Assembly (NCBI RefSeq): GCF_963921235.1
Contig: NC_086097.1
Span: 130,264,001-130,328,000 of the forward strand
DNA: 64,000 nucleotides
Direction: 5' to 3'
From: Mobula hypostoma
Lineage: Eukaryota
Position 1 is the first letter of the stretch. Each line of letters begins with the position of its first letter. Below, in pieces: positions 39,526 through 51,565 of the stretch. The position numbers and the translations under genes are program-made. The notes under the pieces were generated by a model, which ran no database searches, had not been told where the DNA came from, and saw only the letters and a list, made by a program, of their open reading frames with translations.

Positions 39526-39749
39526 GTCTCCTCAGTAGCCCTCGCTAATCTCCCTGCCAGGATATTGGTCCCCCTAGGATTCAAGTGTAACCCGTCCTTT
39601 TTGTACAGGTCACGCCTGCGCCAAAAGAGGTCCCAATGATCCAAAAACTTGAATCCCTTCCCCCTGCTCCAATCCCTCAGCCACGCATTTATCCTCCACC
39701 TCATCGCATTCCTACTCTCACTGTCGCGTGGCACAGGCAGTAATCCCGA
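39516..39749 (-). pseudogene. CR1 ORF1 C-terminus (SGNH hydrolase-like)
   Basis: SGLLPVPR...INAWLRDW...FLDHWDLFW...KDGLHLNPRGTNILAGRL contains the DxxH block V motif. Confidence 0.85.
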
Positions 39750-39784
39750 GTTTTGCGTGTGCTGTTTGAATGGTTGAGTTAAGT

Positions 39785-40580
39785 GCAAAGCTCAAAGTAA
39801 ACTTATGATCAAAATACATGCATGTCAGTCACTGTGTACAACCCTGAGATTCATTTTCTTGCGGGCATTCACAGTCGATACCAGAAACAGAATAGAAACA
39901 ATGAAGGGCTGCACCCAACAGGATGGACAAACAACTAATGTGCAAAAAACAATAAACTGTGCAAATACAAAAAGAAATAAAGAATATCAATAAATAAATA
40001 AGCAATAAACATCAACAACATGAAACGAAGAGTTCCTGAAAGTGAATCCATAAGCTGAGGGAACATTTCAATGATGGGTTAAGTGAAGTTGTGTGGTTAT
40101 CCTCCCGGTTCAAGTGCCTCATGGCAGATGGTTAATAATGGTTCATGAACCTGGTGATGTAGGTCCTGAGGATCCTGTACCTTTTTCCTGATGTCGGCAG
40201 TGAGAGAGCATGGCCTAGATGGTGGGGGTCCTTGATGATGGATGCTGCTTTCTTGAAACAGTGCTCTGTGTAAATATGCGCAATGGTGGGGAGGGTCTTA
40301 TCCATGGCGAACTGGGCTGTATCCACTACTTGTTGTCAGCTTTTCTGTTCAAGGGCATTGATGTTTCCGAACTAAGCTGTGATGCAACCAGTCAATATAC
40401 ACTCCACCACTCATCTATAGAAGTTTGTCAAAGTTTTAGATGACACGCCGAATCTTCACAACCTTCTAAGAAAGTAGAGGCACTGCTATGCTTTCTCGGT
40501 AATGGCTCTTATTTGCTGGACCCAGGACAGATCCACTGAAATGATAACGTCAGGGAATTTAAAGTTGCTGACCCTCCATA
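39785..40580 (-). mobile_element. Rex1/Babar-like LINE 3' fragment
   Basis: HCFKKAASIIKDPHHLGHALSLPTSGKRYR (40132-40326) plus 3' UTR. Confidence 0.75.
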
Positions 40581-41317
40581 TGAAGACTGCCTTGTGGAAC
40601 TACTGTTTAACTAGCACCCTGGTTTAACTATGCTTTCCACTTTAATGGTCTAGATTTTATTTTAAACATATCATAAGGCAGCTACATTTCCAGTTTGAGA
40701 ACTGTTTGGGTTATAAGCAACTTTTAGGAATGGAACTGTCGTAACTTGAAAAGGAACTGCAATTTGTTTTCTAGGCTAACTGCATATTTTTGAAATATCA
40801 TTCATAGATGGTGGAAATTGCCAATAAGGGCAACCTCACCCCCCGTTTATTGCTCATCTCCAAGAATAATTTCTAGTGTTTCTGAAATTTAAAAAGTGGA
40901 TTGATAGAAATTTTTCTCCTGTCCCTCATCTTCCGGGAGACTCAAGGACAAAAGAAACAGGCTCAAATTCAGAAGCAGTTGATTAAGAAGCATACTAACC
41001 ATCACTTCTGGGTGAAATGGCATCCATCAGGAAATTGGTTCAGGAACTTCAAAGCTGATATATATTCATAGCTGATATCAGTCATTTTCATAATGATGTC
41101 ATAAATCAAAGGCTGTGCTTTTCCTTCAGTTGGGGGATTTAGGGGGAAACACCTACAAGCCTCATTGATAACCCAGTGGAAAATTGCCAGTACATTGTTC
41201 AGGGATCAGAAATGAGGATTTGTGCACAGCAACATTAAGCCAGCATCTCCCAGCCTTAGGATCCAACAGCCAGTATTATGCTGATAAACCAGTGGGGGTA
41301 ACTTCAACAATAGTGGC

Positions 41318-41376
41318 AAATAACAGGAATTCTGCAGATGCTGGAAATTCAAGCAACACACATCAACTTTGATGTG
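41318..41376 (-). mobile_element. 59-bp Penelope 3'-tail insertion with terminal fold-back and perfect 14-bp TSD
   Basis: TCAACAATAGTGGC at 41304-41317 and 41377-41390; the insert ends in the hairpin acacatcaa-ct-ttgatgtgt. Confidence 0.8.
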
Positions 41377-42157
41377 TCAACAATAGTGGCCTTTGATTTG
41401 AAAATCAAATCATGGTGTAATATGAAGCTCTTTGATCAGCCCCCATCTCCATGTCATCTGGACCTGATAAAGCCATTTCAGCAGGGAGAAGAGAACTGAG
41501 CACGGGCTCAAATCCTAGGAATCAGTGCAACAGCAATGCACCAAGTACACGCTCTGTATGCAGGAAATGCACAGGACCTGTTTTAACAGAGAGACCCATG
41601 TGTAGAATGTGTAAACACACCAAAAAAAGAAACAAGTCATTCAGATAGCAAAATAAGAGCAAAAGTCACAGAATCTAAAACACAAACTCACAAAATCATC
41701 AAAAGAGTCCAGGCATATTCAGTTCAGCTTAGCGCTGTGTCGTTCATAATCTGCAGGCTGCACCAATCAAAATTGCACAAAATAGCAACATAAAAGGGAG
41801 TGACCAGAAAGCAGAAACACATTATAACGTGAACTACAGAGTCCAAACCACAAACCATGTTGATTAAACCTTGTCCATGACGCTGGTTTCATCCAAAATA
41901 AAAATGCTGGGAGAGAATTTACACATAAAAGGCAACAGAATTGCTGAACACTTTCTATGAAATTAGTAGCTGGCCATTTAGTTAATCATCATATATCTGT
42001 GCTCGTGGGAATTCTGATAGCTTAGGATATTAAGAGATCTGGGACCAGGGATGGAATTGGGATATATAAAAGATATTGCTGAATGGCAGAGCAGGCACAG
42101 TGGGTTGAGTCAGAACATAAGCTGGAGGCAATCAGCAACTGTGGAGGCAAATAATGT

Positions 42158-42505
42158 CTTTTCTTTTTAAATCTTTTTATTGAGTAAGTATACAAAAAAG
42201 GTAAGCCATATAAACATTAATACAATGTTAAAGTATAATAAAATTCCAAAAGATAACAATACCAAAAAGAAAATACTACAAACAATGTAATTTAAGCATA
42301 AGAAACCAAGATAACATAATAGTATACTAGATTTTATATATATCAATGGAAAAAAAGAAAAAAAAAACCCCAAAAAAAAACCCACCGTGCAACTAACTAA
42401 AAGCAAAGCAAAGCAATGGGCTAACTTGAAACCAAACAGAGTTAAACTTAAAATCACGTCCTCAATCCCGACCTCCATTAAAACAGTGAAAAAAAACAAG
42501 AAGGG
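42158..42505 (-). mobile_element. L1/Tx1-like 3' UTR insertion with perfect 15-bp TSD, inside a Penelope fragment
   Basis: GGAGGCAAATAATGT at 42143-42157 and 42506-42520; the minus-strand end AATAAAAAGATTTAAAAAGAAAAG resembles the L1 end at ~27979-28003. Confidence 0.8.
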
Positions 42506-42611
42506 GGAGGCAAATAATGTAAGTTGAAGTTTCAGGTCAACACCCTACTGCAGGACTAAGGAGGAAGTGGAAAGATAGTTGGTACATAGCAGGATGAGGT
42601 GTTGGAGATGG

Positions 42612-43231
42612 CAGACATCCCACCTCTCCCGGAAGTTCCGGGAGTCTCCCGCATATTAATAGTGGCTCCCTGATGCCCGCAAATTATATACAATATCACG
42701 GAAATCAATTTTTTTGAAAGCGAGCGAGAGAAAGCAAGCAAGCGAGCGAGAGAGCGAGCAAGAGAGAAAGCAAATGAGAGCACGCGAGTGAGAGCTAAAG
42801 CAAGCAAGAGCGCGTGAGCGAGAGAGCGAGAGAGAAAGCAAGCGAGAGCACTTGAGAGCGCGCGAGCAACCACAAGAGAGAGAGACAGCGCGCCATGGCA
42901 GAGTGTTCCAAAAAAAATAAAATGTACGTCACCCCAGACTACACTAAAGTGTACCCCTGCCTAATAGGGGTCAAAATAATGACAGTGTTGCTCGCTGCAC
43001 TGTTTGCAACAGTGACTTTTCTATTGCCCATGGTGGGTTAAGACTGTAAAAGACATGTTGAGTTGAGTTTAACAGGTGTCATTCGTTCATTAGCATAGCT
43101 AACGTTATTTAAACTAGCTGGCTGGCTGGTAAGGAGCTACTCTATTGCAGACATCCCACCTCTCCCGGGAGTGTCCTGCAAATTGATGGTGCTACCTCCC
43201 TGAAATGAGTTTTTGCAGGGTGGGATGTCTG
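42612..43231 (+). mobile_element. Non-autonomous hAT-like DNA transposon with BED zinc-finger remnant and 6-bp TSD
   Basis: TIRs CAGACATCCCACC / GGTGGGATGTCTG; TSD AGATGG (42606-42611, 43232-43237). Frameshifted peptide from ATG 42895: MAECSKK...YPCL...ARCTVCNSDFSIAHGG..DCKRHVE. (GA/GC)-rich simple repeat at 42720-42890. Confidence 0.8.
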
Positions 43232-44449
43232 AGATGGGATAGAGGCTGGTAGGTGAAGGTTGTCTGGTAAGGGTGGGATGATTGGCAGATGGAACCATTT
43301 GGGGAAAAGCATGGGAAAGTCAACCTAATGAGAAGAAAGATAGGTAGATGGGGGGGGTGGGCATGTGGGAGTGGGAATAGGGAGAAAAACATTGGGGTGA
43401 ATCACCCATTGAGATGAAAACTAGTCCCATTGCTTAATTCATAGTTTAGTTTTGCACAGGTGTAAGTTATGTATAATTTATAATAATTTGAGTTTTTGTT
43501 AGCTTACGTTTGTCTTTGTCTTGCAATGTAATATGCCATTGCTGCAGTGAGCTAATTTTGATGGTATTTTATACCCTGTTTATATATGCCTATGACAATA
43601 AACTTTAACTCATTTTAAAGTTGATTATTCCTGGAGTAATTTGTGCTATTGAATTTATACACAGGAAACTAGTTATTACTACTCCCTAATGGAACAGATG
43701 CTACAAACAGCAATTGGTGCTAATGAGTGCAGTCCATCTAATCTATCCTGTTCTCCAATTTATGAGTGGGATCCAACTAAGCTTCAATAGATTTGACAGA
43801 TTTGCAACTGAATATTTATGCTTCAGCAGATGCCATAACACATTTAAGGCCCTTTGTCCGAGAGGAAATGTTCTACACAGGGAACAGCTTTGCACAGCTG
43901 CCTGGGCCTTTGATAAAATAGATTTCCAATGATGGACAATTTGATAGGTGAATACCTCCAGGTTCCTATGGATCTTCTTTCCAATCCACTATTACCTGAC
44001 AACAACTATCCCAGAATAGCCCATGCCGTCTCTACCAGGTATTTCGTTCAATAACAAGATATCTCTAATTGCTTATGACTCATTAGAAACAAAGGAAGCA
44101 ATTGAGAACATTTATTAACAAGACAAGTCATAATTTGAGTTTGACAAGCTTCCTTCACAAGTGGAAAATATAACCTGTCCAATAACTTCCTCTACAACAT
44201 CCTATTTACACAACACTGCATCCAGAGCCCTGTCAATCCAAAAGAAAATTCAGAAGAAGCCTGCTCTCTTACAATGGAATTTTTGGAATTTGGAGCTAAC
44301 AAGAAAGGGATTATAAGTAAAGGAAAGAAACTGAGATTACTGGGTAGTTCTCACACACAGAAAAACCTTGAATTTTTGGAGTTAAATTTGCCAAAATCAG
44401 ATTGTTGAGTTACCACAGGATCTACTAGTATCCACGTTAAGGGTTACTA

Positions 44450-45205
44450 TGGAGAGATGCCCTTTGGCCCAACTTTTCCATGCAGACTAAGGTGTCCACT
44501 TAAAAGTTGTTGCATGTGTTTTCATTTGATTCGTATCCCTCTAAACATTTCCTATGCATGTACCTGTCCAAATTCTTTTAAATTTTGATATTGCACCTGC
44601 CTCAAATACTTCCCCTGGCAACTCAATCCACATACACATTACCCTCTGCCTGAACTTACCTTTCAAGTCTCTTTCAAATCTTTCCCCTCTCACTTTAAAC
44701 CTATGCCCTCTAGTTTCTCCCCCCTCCCTTTCTAAGGGAAAATGACTGTGTACATTCATCCCATGTTCCTCATGATTTTACACACCTCTGTAAGGTTTCC
44801 CTTCAGTCTCCCCAGCTCCAGTGAATGAAGTCCCGGACTGTCCGACCACTCCTACAACTCGGGCTCATGAGCCCCAGCAAAATTATCATGAATCTTCTTT
44901 GCACTCTTTCCAGATTAATGATATCCTTGCCATAGCAGGGTGACCAAAACTATACACAATACTCCGAGTGTGGCCTCACCAAGGTCTTGTACAACTGCAA
45001 CGTAACAACCCAGCTCCTGATGAAGGTCAGTGAGTTAAATGCCTCTTGGTCCACTTTGTCTACCTGTGACATCATTTTCAGCAAAGTACTGTTTGTAGTT
45101 GCACTTCTGGGTCTTTCTATTATACATTCCCAGGGCCCTACTATTCACTGTTCAATTCTATCCTGGTTTGACTTCTTAAAATTCAGCATCTCATACTTAT
45201 TAGAA
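44450..45205 (-). mobile_element. Degenerate CR1 3' fragment
   Basis: TRGHRFKVRGERFERDLKGKFRQRVMCMWIELPGEV (44541-44759). Confidence 0.75.
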
Positions 45206-45288
45206 TAGATAATCCTTGAAGTAAGGGGGTGATCGCCACTGCTGTTGAACAGGGAATTCAGAGGACAATTCCCTCCCACTATTAGTTG

Positions 45289-46614
45289 CACTCAATGGCC
45301 ACTTTATTAGGTACATATGTACCACTGCTTGTTAATGCAAATATCTAATTAGCCAATCATGTGACAGCAACTCAATGCATAAAAGCATGCAGACATGGTG
45401 AAGATGTTCAGTTAAGAAGTACACCATGATTATGTTCTTTTGTGCACTGAATCAGTCTTGACATCTATTAAAATAGGTACTTCAGACTTTCTTCTTGAGG
45501 TTGGACAACATCTGTTGAGGCTGCAGGGTCTAGGCTTGTGTATGCATTTTATATGGGTTCCTGTCCATGATGGGGTTGAAGGAAATGAGGTGCCGGATAT
45601 TCTTGACCAGCAATCACTTCAAATTAAAGATACAAATGTAGCGGTGCCTTTGCATAAGGGGGAGATGAAAATGGTAATCAAAAAAGTCTGTTCAATCACT
45701 GTGGCAGCAAAGTTGGGATAAAGAAAAGAAAAGGCAGCATTTATATAAAATTCAGGATGGTGGGAACTCAACTGGTTGGTGGGTATCAAAGGAAAGAAGA
45801 AGTTATACTTCCACATTTATGTATTGGACATACTAAGATGAATAATTCCCTTTTCAGAATTAAAATGCATGAAACAGGCTTCAGTAGGGAGTGTACTTGT
45901 CAAGAAACAGTTCAGTATGTATTGTTTGAATGCAGTTCCTATGAGGTTCAAAGGAAATGTCGACTTGCTAAATTGAGATCTTAGGGACAGACACAGTTTC
46001 ACAGAAAGTTTTTTAAGATATCACTGCCATCGTAATGTATATAAGTGAGTATCTGAATTTCTGAAAAGCACTAGACTTTTTGATATTAATTGAGTTTTAT
46101 TTTTGGGGAGCTGGAATTTAGTGAGTATACTTCCTGTCTCTTTGCTCCACACTCCAACTCAGAAGGTGGCAGTAATGCACCTTATGTTGGTCTGCCAACC
46201 ACCATTAAGTGTTACAAGAGAAGAAAAGATGTTTAGTTGTTGCTGAATTCAAACATCAGAATAAGGAAAAATATGATCTCAGTGATTTTGACCATGGAAT
46301 GATTGTTGGTGCCAGACAGGGTGGTTTGAGTATTTCAGAAACTGGTGATCTCCTGGGATTTTCACATACTGTCTCTGGAGTAAACGTCTTGTTAATGAGA
46401 AAGGTCAGAGGAGAATGGCCAGAAAGGAAGGAGACAGTAACTCAAATAAACATGTATTACAACAGAGATGTGCAGAAGAGCATCACTGAATGTCTAACAT
46501 GTTGAACCTTGTGGTGGATGGGCTACAGCAGCGGAAGATCACGAACATACAGGAAAACACTCAGTGGCCACTTTATTAGGTATCTCCTGCACCTAATAAA
46601 GAGGCCGCTTAGTG
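45289..46614 (+). mobile_element. Non-autonomous Tc1/mariner element, interrupted by a LINE
   Basis: TIRs CACTCAATGGCCACTTTATTAGGT / ACCTAATAAAGAGGCCGCTTAGTG followed by TA; HTH remnant DLSDFDHGMIVGARQGGLSISETGDLLGFSHTVS (~46270-46380). Confidence 0.85.
45414..46225 (+). mobile_element. I/Nimb-like LINE 3' fragment with RNase H and zinc-knuckle remnants
   Basis: FIWVPVHDGVEGNEVPDIL (RNase H WxPxHxGxxGNExAD), LCIGHT, CTCQETVQYVLFECSSY; AAG-rich tail; 13-bp TSD AAGATGTTCAGTT (45401-45413) / AAGATGTTTAGTT (46226-46238). Confidence 0.8.
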
Positions 46615-49094
46615 TAAGTTCTACATTCACAACTCAGTTATTAAGTGCTAAGTTTATCCTTTAATAGCAAAGCCTCACATTAATGGAAAGGTTGAAAGAA
46701 AGAAAACTCATAATATTCCGGCATGGAGCAATATAAGGTTGTATAACCAGTGTACCTGGTTTACACCTAACACCAAGGAAACATCTGTCAATGACTTTCA
46801 GTGTAAAAGGAAGAAGCATGCATTGATGAATCTTTGGAATTCCCAACTGCCAGTGGATGTTCATCTGTAGCATCTACTCAAGATCAGGGCTGATGGATGT
46901 TTGAATGTAAAGGGATTAAAATTATAGGGGAATGAGGTTTGAAACAATAGCCCGGACTTATTGAATGGTGGAGCAGCCCAAAACCTATTGATTGGCAGAG
47001 CATACTTAAGGGATATATTGGTTATTTCTAATATAATTTCATATTGATATTAATTAAAATGGAATCAACCAAATTTTTAAATTATTAATTTGCTTTGGTT
47101 TACAGTTTCCATCCCTAGAATGCAGTGTCAATATTGCATTTGGAGCAAGAATCTGTTTTTAATCATTAGCTATTGCTGGAAGCAGAACGCTTTTTATAGA
47201 GCATACACTTATTTCACTGCAAGACATAAAAAGCGATTGTATGTCTGTATGGGTGGCAATACCCACTAAAAATGTTTGAACAATAACATTTGCAGGCGTG
47301 ACTAAAGCAGTCACTGGAAAACTATTTGTGATCTTCAACAGTACATTTCCTTTCACCTCCTCTCACTCAAAGCTTTCCTAAACAGAAAATGGATTTCCTG
47401 CTGGAATGTTGATTTTACTCTGAAGTGACTAACCTTGTCCTGTAAATGAGCCATGCACTTACAATTAATTCCTGTATTCTAAACACTCCTGTAATGTATT
47501 GGGTAAAAAAAAAAGTGCCAGGAGAAAAGAAATTAAATGATAATAGATCTAGTTTAAATTAACTGAACTCAAAAATTATTAATTTTAATTATAAATTATA
47601 TGACAAAACCTTCTTCAGAAACTCTAGTGCTTTCATTTCATCATCATTCTTTTTATTGCATTCTAAGTGTTTTATTGCCTCCACAACTAGAGCTGAAACC
47701 TTTTACTGGTTCTTTGAAGAAAATTAAAAGTTAATATTTACCAACTTGTAGATGTTGGTAAATAGTTGTCATTAAATGGTCACATATGTGCAGAGATTTC
47801 AATCCATAATTTAGCAGTACTACGCCATATCAATCTGAGCTTCATAGAATCACATCTGAAAAAATGTACAATGAGGATTATGTGACTTTAATAACTGAAT
47901 TATCTTGCTAAATAATATTATGCATCACTTAAACCAAAATGTTTTATCTTCCCTTTCTCTGGATGCACCATCACAAAAACTGTTGCATTAAAAAGCAGAT
48001 AGTTTCCACCAGCACCTTTAAGTAGCTCACAGGCATCCTAGATTTCCCTTTCTCACTGCATATTAAGGCAGACCTAGATCTTAGCATTTTGTCTACACAG
48101 ACAACTAAATTAACTTTCCTGACAGCCCCAATCCTACAGCATTTTCAGCGTAGAATATTTAAGACATATTTGAAGCAGAAATGTTTGGGGAAGGGATTAA
48201 CAATGAACGTAAAAGTAGAACTCACTTCATATAAAATGAGACAGAGCCAGATAGTTATTTTGTCACAGTTTCTGGGAGCAGACAAAGTCTGAATCTCCAA
48301 GAGATTGTGTTTGCCTATGTGTATAAACCATAAATATCATGAGTGATATCAAAAGAAATTCATAACAAAATAACACAAGGCCTACAAATGGTGAAACAAT
48401 GTTTGTGTCTGCAACAATGTACTACTGAGGAATATTGAGATATATCCAAAGTTAAGATCCCAACAAACCAGCACATCCTTTCCAGTGGTAAATAGGAACT
48501 CTTTGAATGTAATCTGAATGTAGACTGTGGGGAAATTGTAAATAATAGGATGTGTCCTATAACTGCAAAGGTTCAGTTGTATCTGTTCAAAACCAAGAAG
48601 TAGGTCTTAGGCTGCTCTATCAAGGTCTCCTCCTGGGCTGAAAAAAAATGTGTCTGTCTACTCCCAGTGATGTGTGTTTAAAGAGAGCTTTTTATACTGG
48701 TGAAATTGGGATTAGTCTTCAGAAGACAGGTAGGCAATTCCCCTGGAACTTACCTTTTCACTATTGCAGCAACTTATGCACCACAAGCATCTGATCATCC
48801 AAGTGTTGAGGAAGGTGAAGCAAACCTTTTTCAATTAGATCGCTCTAATTGGAATCTTCCTGTTTTACTGCAGATGCCCAGGAATAAGACATGTTGATCA
48901 TAACATTAGATGTGTGTTCTGACAACGCCTGTAGCTAGCGCACAAGTTGGGTCTTGCTCGGTGGCAGATGAATGTTGATGTCTTCAAAGAGTCCAATTTG
49001 CAGCTTCTATGCAAATTCATGTCAAGTGGATTTAGTTATAGATCCAGATTAATCCAAAATAATTTAGTTTTTCTCTATTTTGATCTCAGTCCTT

Positions 49095-49665
49095 CTTAAT
49101 TGGGAGGCCATATCTGGAGTATTGGATACAGTTCTGGTCGCCCCATTATAGGAAGAATGTTGAGCTTTTGCAGAGGGTGCAGAAGAGGTTTACCAGGATG
49201 ATGCCTAGGTTAGAGAGCATGTGTTATCATGAAAGGCTGGACAAACTTGGGTAGTTTTCTCTAGAGCAGCGGAGGCTGAGGGTAGATCTGAAAAAGGTTT
49301 ATAATATTATGAGAGGCGTAGAAAGAGTAGGCAGGGAATATCTGTTTCCCACTATTGAAATGTCTAATACCAGAGCGCATGCATTGAAGGTGAGAGGGGA
49401 TTGGTTCAAAAGGGATGTGAGGGACATGTTTTTTTTACCAAAAAGTGGTGGGTGCCTGGAATGCGCTGCTTGGTATGGTGGCAGAGGCAAATACATTAGG
49501 GGCTTTTAAGAGACGTTTAGATAGGCACGTGGGTGTATGGAAGATGGAGGAATATGGGCATTGAGTGGGTAGGAGAGATTAGTGCTTGGGTGTTTTTGAT
49601 TTGTTTTTTTTAGCTGGTTTGTGAGCTGAGTGGCCTGTTTCTGTGCTGTACTGTTCTATGGTCTA
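49095..49665 (+). mobile_element. Degenerate CR1 3' fragment
   Basis: ctggagtattggatacagttctggtcgccccattataggaag; SNTRAHALKVRGDWFKRDVR. Confidence 0.75.
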
Positions 49666-50269
49666 TTGCAAAACAAGCTTTTTGAAGTGACCTTTGTGAA
49701 CTTAGGACTAAATGAACATGTAGCATGACTCCTCCCCCTTCAAAAAGCATTGAAGTTAATTAACCCAGGACTAAGCAATATATATTTTATGATGGCAATA
49801 ATGTTTTATCTGTATTCATAACACCAATGATGAAGTGTATGTTTGCATTCAAAATCCTTAATAAACAGAAATCCTTATCAGGATCAAATAAAATCGAGTA
49901 TAGCAACTTTAAGTTGTTTGGAGTTTGTGACCAGTGTTTTCAAAATTACAGACAATTTAGAAATAATCGAAAGCAGGTTCATGATGGAAATCATGTTCTG
50001 TTTGCAGTAAGTTTGGGTGTGTGGGACTGATTTTGGTTCATTCATTCACATGTTCAAGGCAAGTAAGATTTTCCACAATTAACACCAAACAACAATTCAC
50101 ATGAGAGTACACCAGAATGCTACAGCTGACCAGGAAACTATTGTTAAATGCTTAGAAATAATAGTTTTTATGACTGCATGGTTGCTATGTTATCAGCCGT
50201 AGCTCAGCTGACAACATTCTTGCCTCTGAGTCAGAAGATTGTGGGCTCAGGTCACCTGCATGCAAAGAA

Positions 50270-50800
50270 GTCATCAACAGGGTGCATCTTTGGAATGTCT
50301 CGTGCATCGGAGGCCCAGTATGTTATCTCATATGGCACAATATTGAAATGGGGTGGTCTCATTGCCCAACCCAATGTTTATTCCTCTGCCAATGGGAGCA
50401 TTGGCAGAGAGTGGCAAGGTGGAGATACATCTCTGCCAAAGGAGGTGTAAGGTGATCCTTCCCTCCACTAGCCTGCAGGTCACCCTTGGTCAAGGTGTAG
50501 CACCTGAATACCCCCTGCCCCCAATCAGGGTCACATGAAGCTGTGGCAGCAGGTGGTGGATGGTCGTATGAGCAGCTGGTGCATATCACATTTCTTGGTT
50601 ATGTGACCTCTGAGGCCACGCAGACAATCTCTGAAGAGTATTGATAATAGCTGGGGTCACCCATCTTGTAAAGACATTGTCCTGAAGAAGGCAATGACAA
50701 TCCACCTCTGTGGAAAAATTTGAAATTTGAACAATCATGGTCACGGGAAGATGATGATCATCTACATCATATGACACGGCACATAAGGAATGAATGAATG
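50270..50800 (+). mobile_element. Non-autonomous RTE-type retroposon
   Basis: gaagaaggcaatgacaatccacctctgtggaaaaatttg...aatcatgg resembles the RTE/Bov-A core; (GAAT)n tail at 50788-50800; no coding capacity. Confidence 0.5.
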
Positions 50801-50919
50801 CTGCCAAAATAGATTGTGTTGCTATTTGTACGTACTTGCTGTGAACAAGAATACAGGGGTTGTTTCCAGCATTGCAACAATGACTATATTTCTAAAGTAC
50901 TTTGCTTTGGATGGAAGAT

Positions 50920-51565
50920 ATGGCGGAATGTACAGAAAAGACCAGGAAAGTGCCCATCCTCAAGATGTGAAAGGAATTTGACCCTCAACAGTTTTTATCA
51001 ATGCGCCATAAAAAAAGAAGCATCCTATCTGGATGTGTTACGGCTAGGAATGTTAACTGTTTTCCCTGAGACTACAAGTTACTGCAGAGGGAATACTGCT
51101 CAGCACATCATGCAAACAGCCTCCCTTGCATGGACTCTATCTATGCTTCTCATTGCCTTGGTGAAGCAATCAACAAAATCAAAGACCACTCCAGCCAAGC
51201 ACATTCTTTCTTCTCCTTCAATCCACTGGGCAGAGGATACAAAAGCTTGAAAGTATGTACCACCAGGCTCAAGGACTGCTTCCTGCCCGCTTTTAAAAGA
51301 CTATTTAATGGTTTAGTAGCACTTATCTAATAAGATAGACTCTTGACCTCACATCCACCTTGTTATGGACTTCAATATTACTGTCTACCTGCACTGCAAT
51401 CTCACTGTGGCAGTAACACTAATTTGCATTCTGTTATTTCTTTACCTCGTGCTACCTCAATGTACTGTTTTATTGAAATGAGCTGTATGGATGACATACA
51501 GAACAACATTTTTCAATGTACCTTGATATTTGTATGTGACAATAATAATCCAATTTCAATTTCAT
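50920..51565 (+). mobile_element. Rex1/Babar-like LINE 3' fragment
   Basis: DSIYASHCLGEAINKIKDHS...GRGYKSLKVCTTRLKDCFLPAFKRLFNG (51130-51330). Confidence 0.7.

Larger units (their letters stand above)
36385..39749 (-). mobile_element. Young CR1 LINE with complete ORF2 region and ORF1 C-terminus, nested in a Penelope pLTR
   Basis: (TTTCTATG)n tail at ~36386-36402. The host pLTR ...cctccagcgtttt resumes as ttttgcgtgtgctg after 39750; GTTTT occurs on both sides. Confidence 0.95.

Noticed and set aside
42556..42873. ORFs rich in S/L/A/R (also 1453-1836 ERERE and 42167-42499 F-rich)
   Set aside because: Translations of simple or low-complexity repeats.
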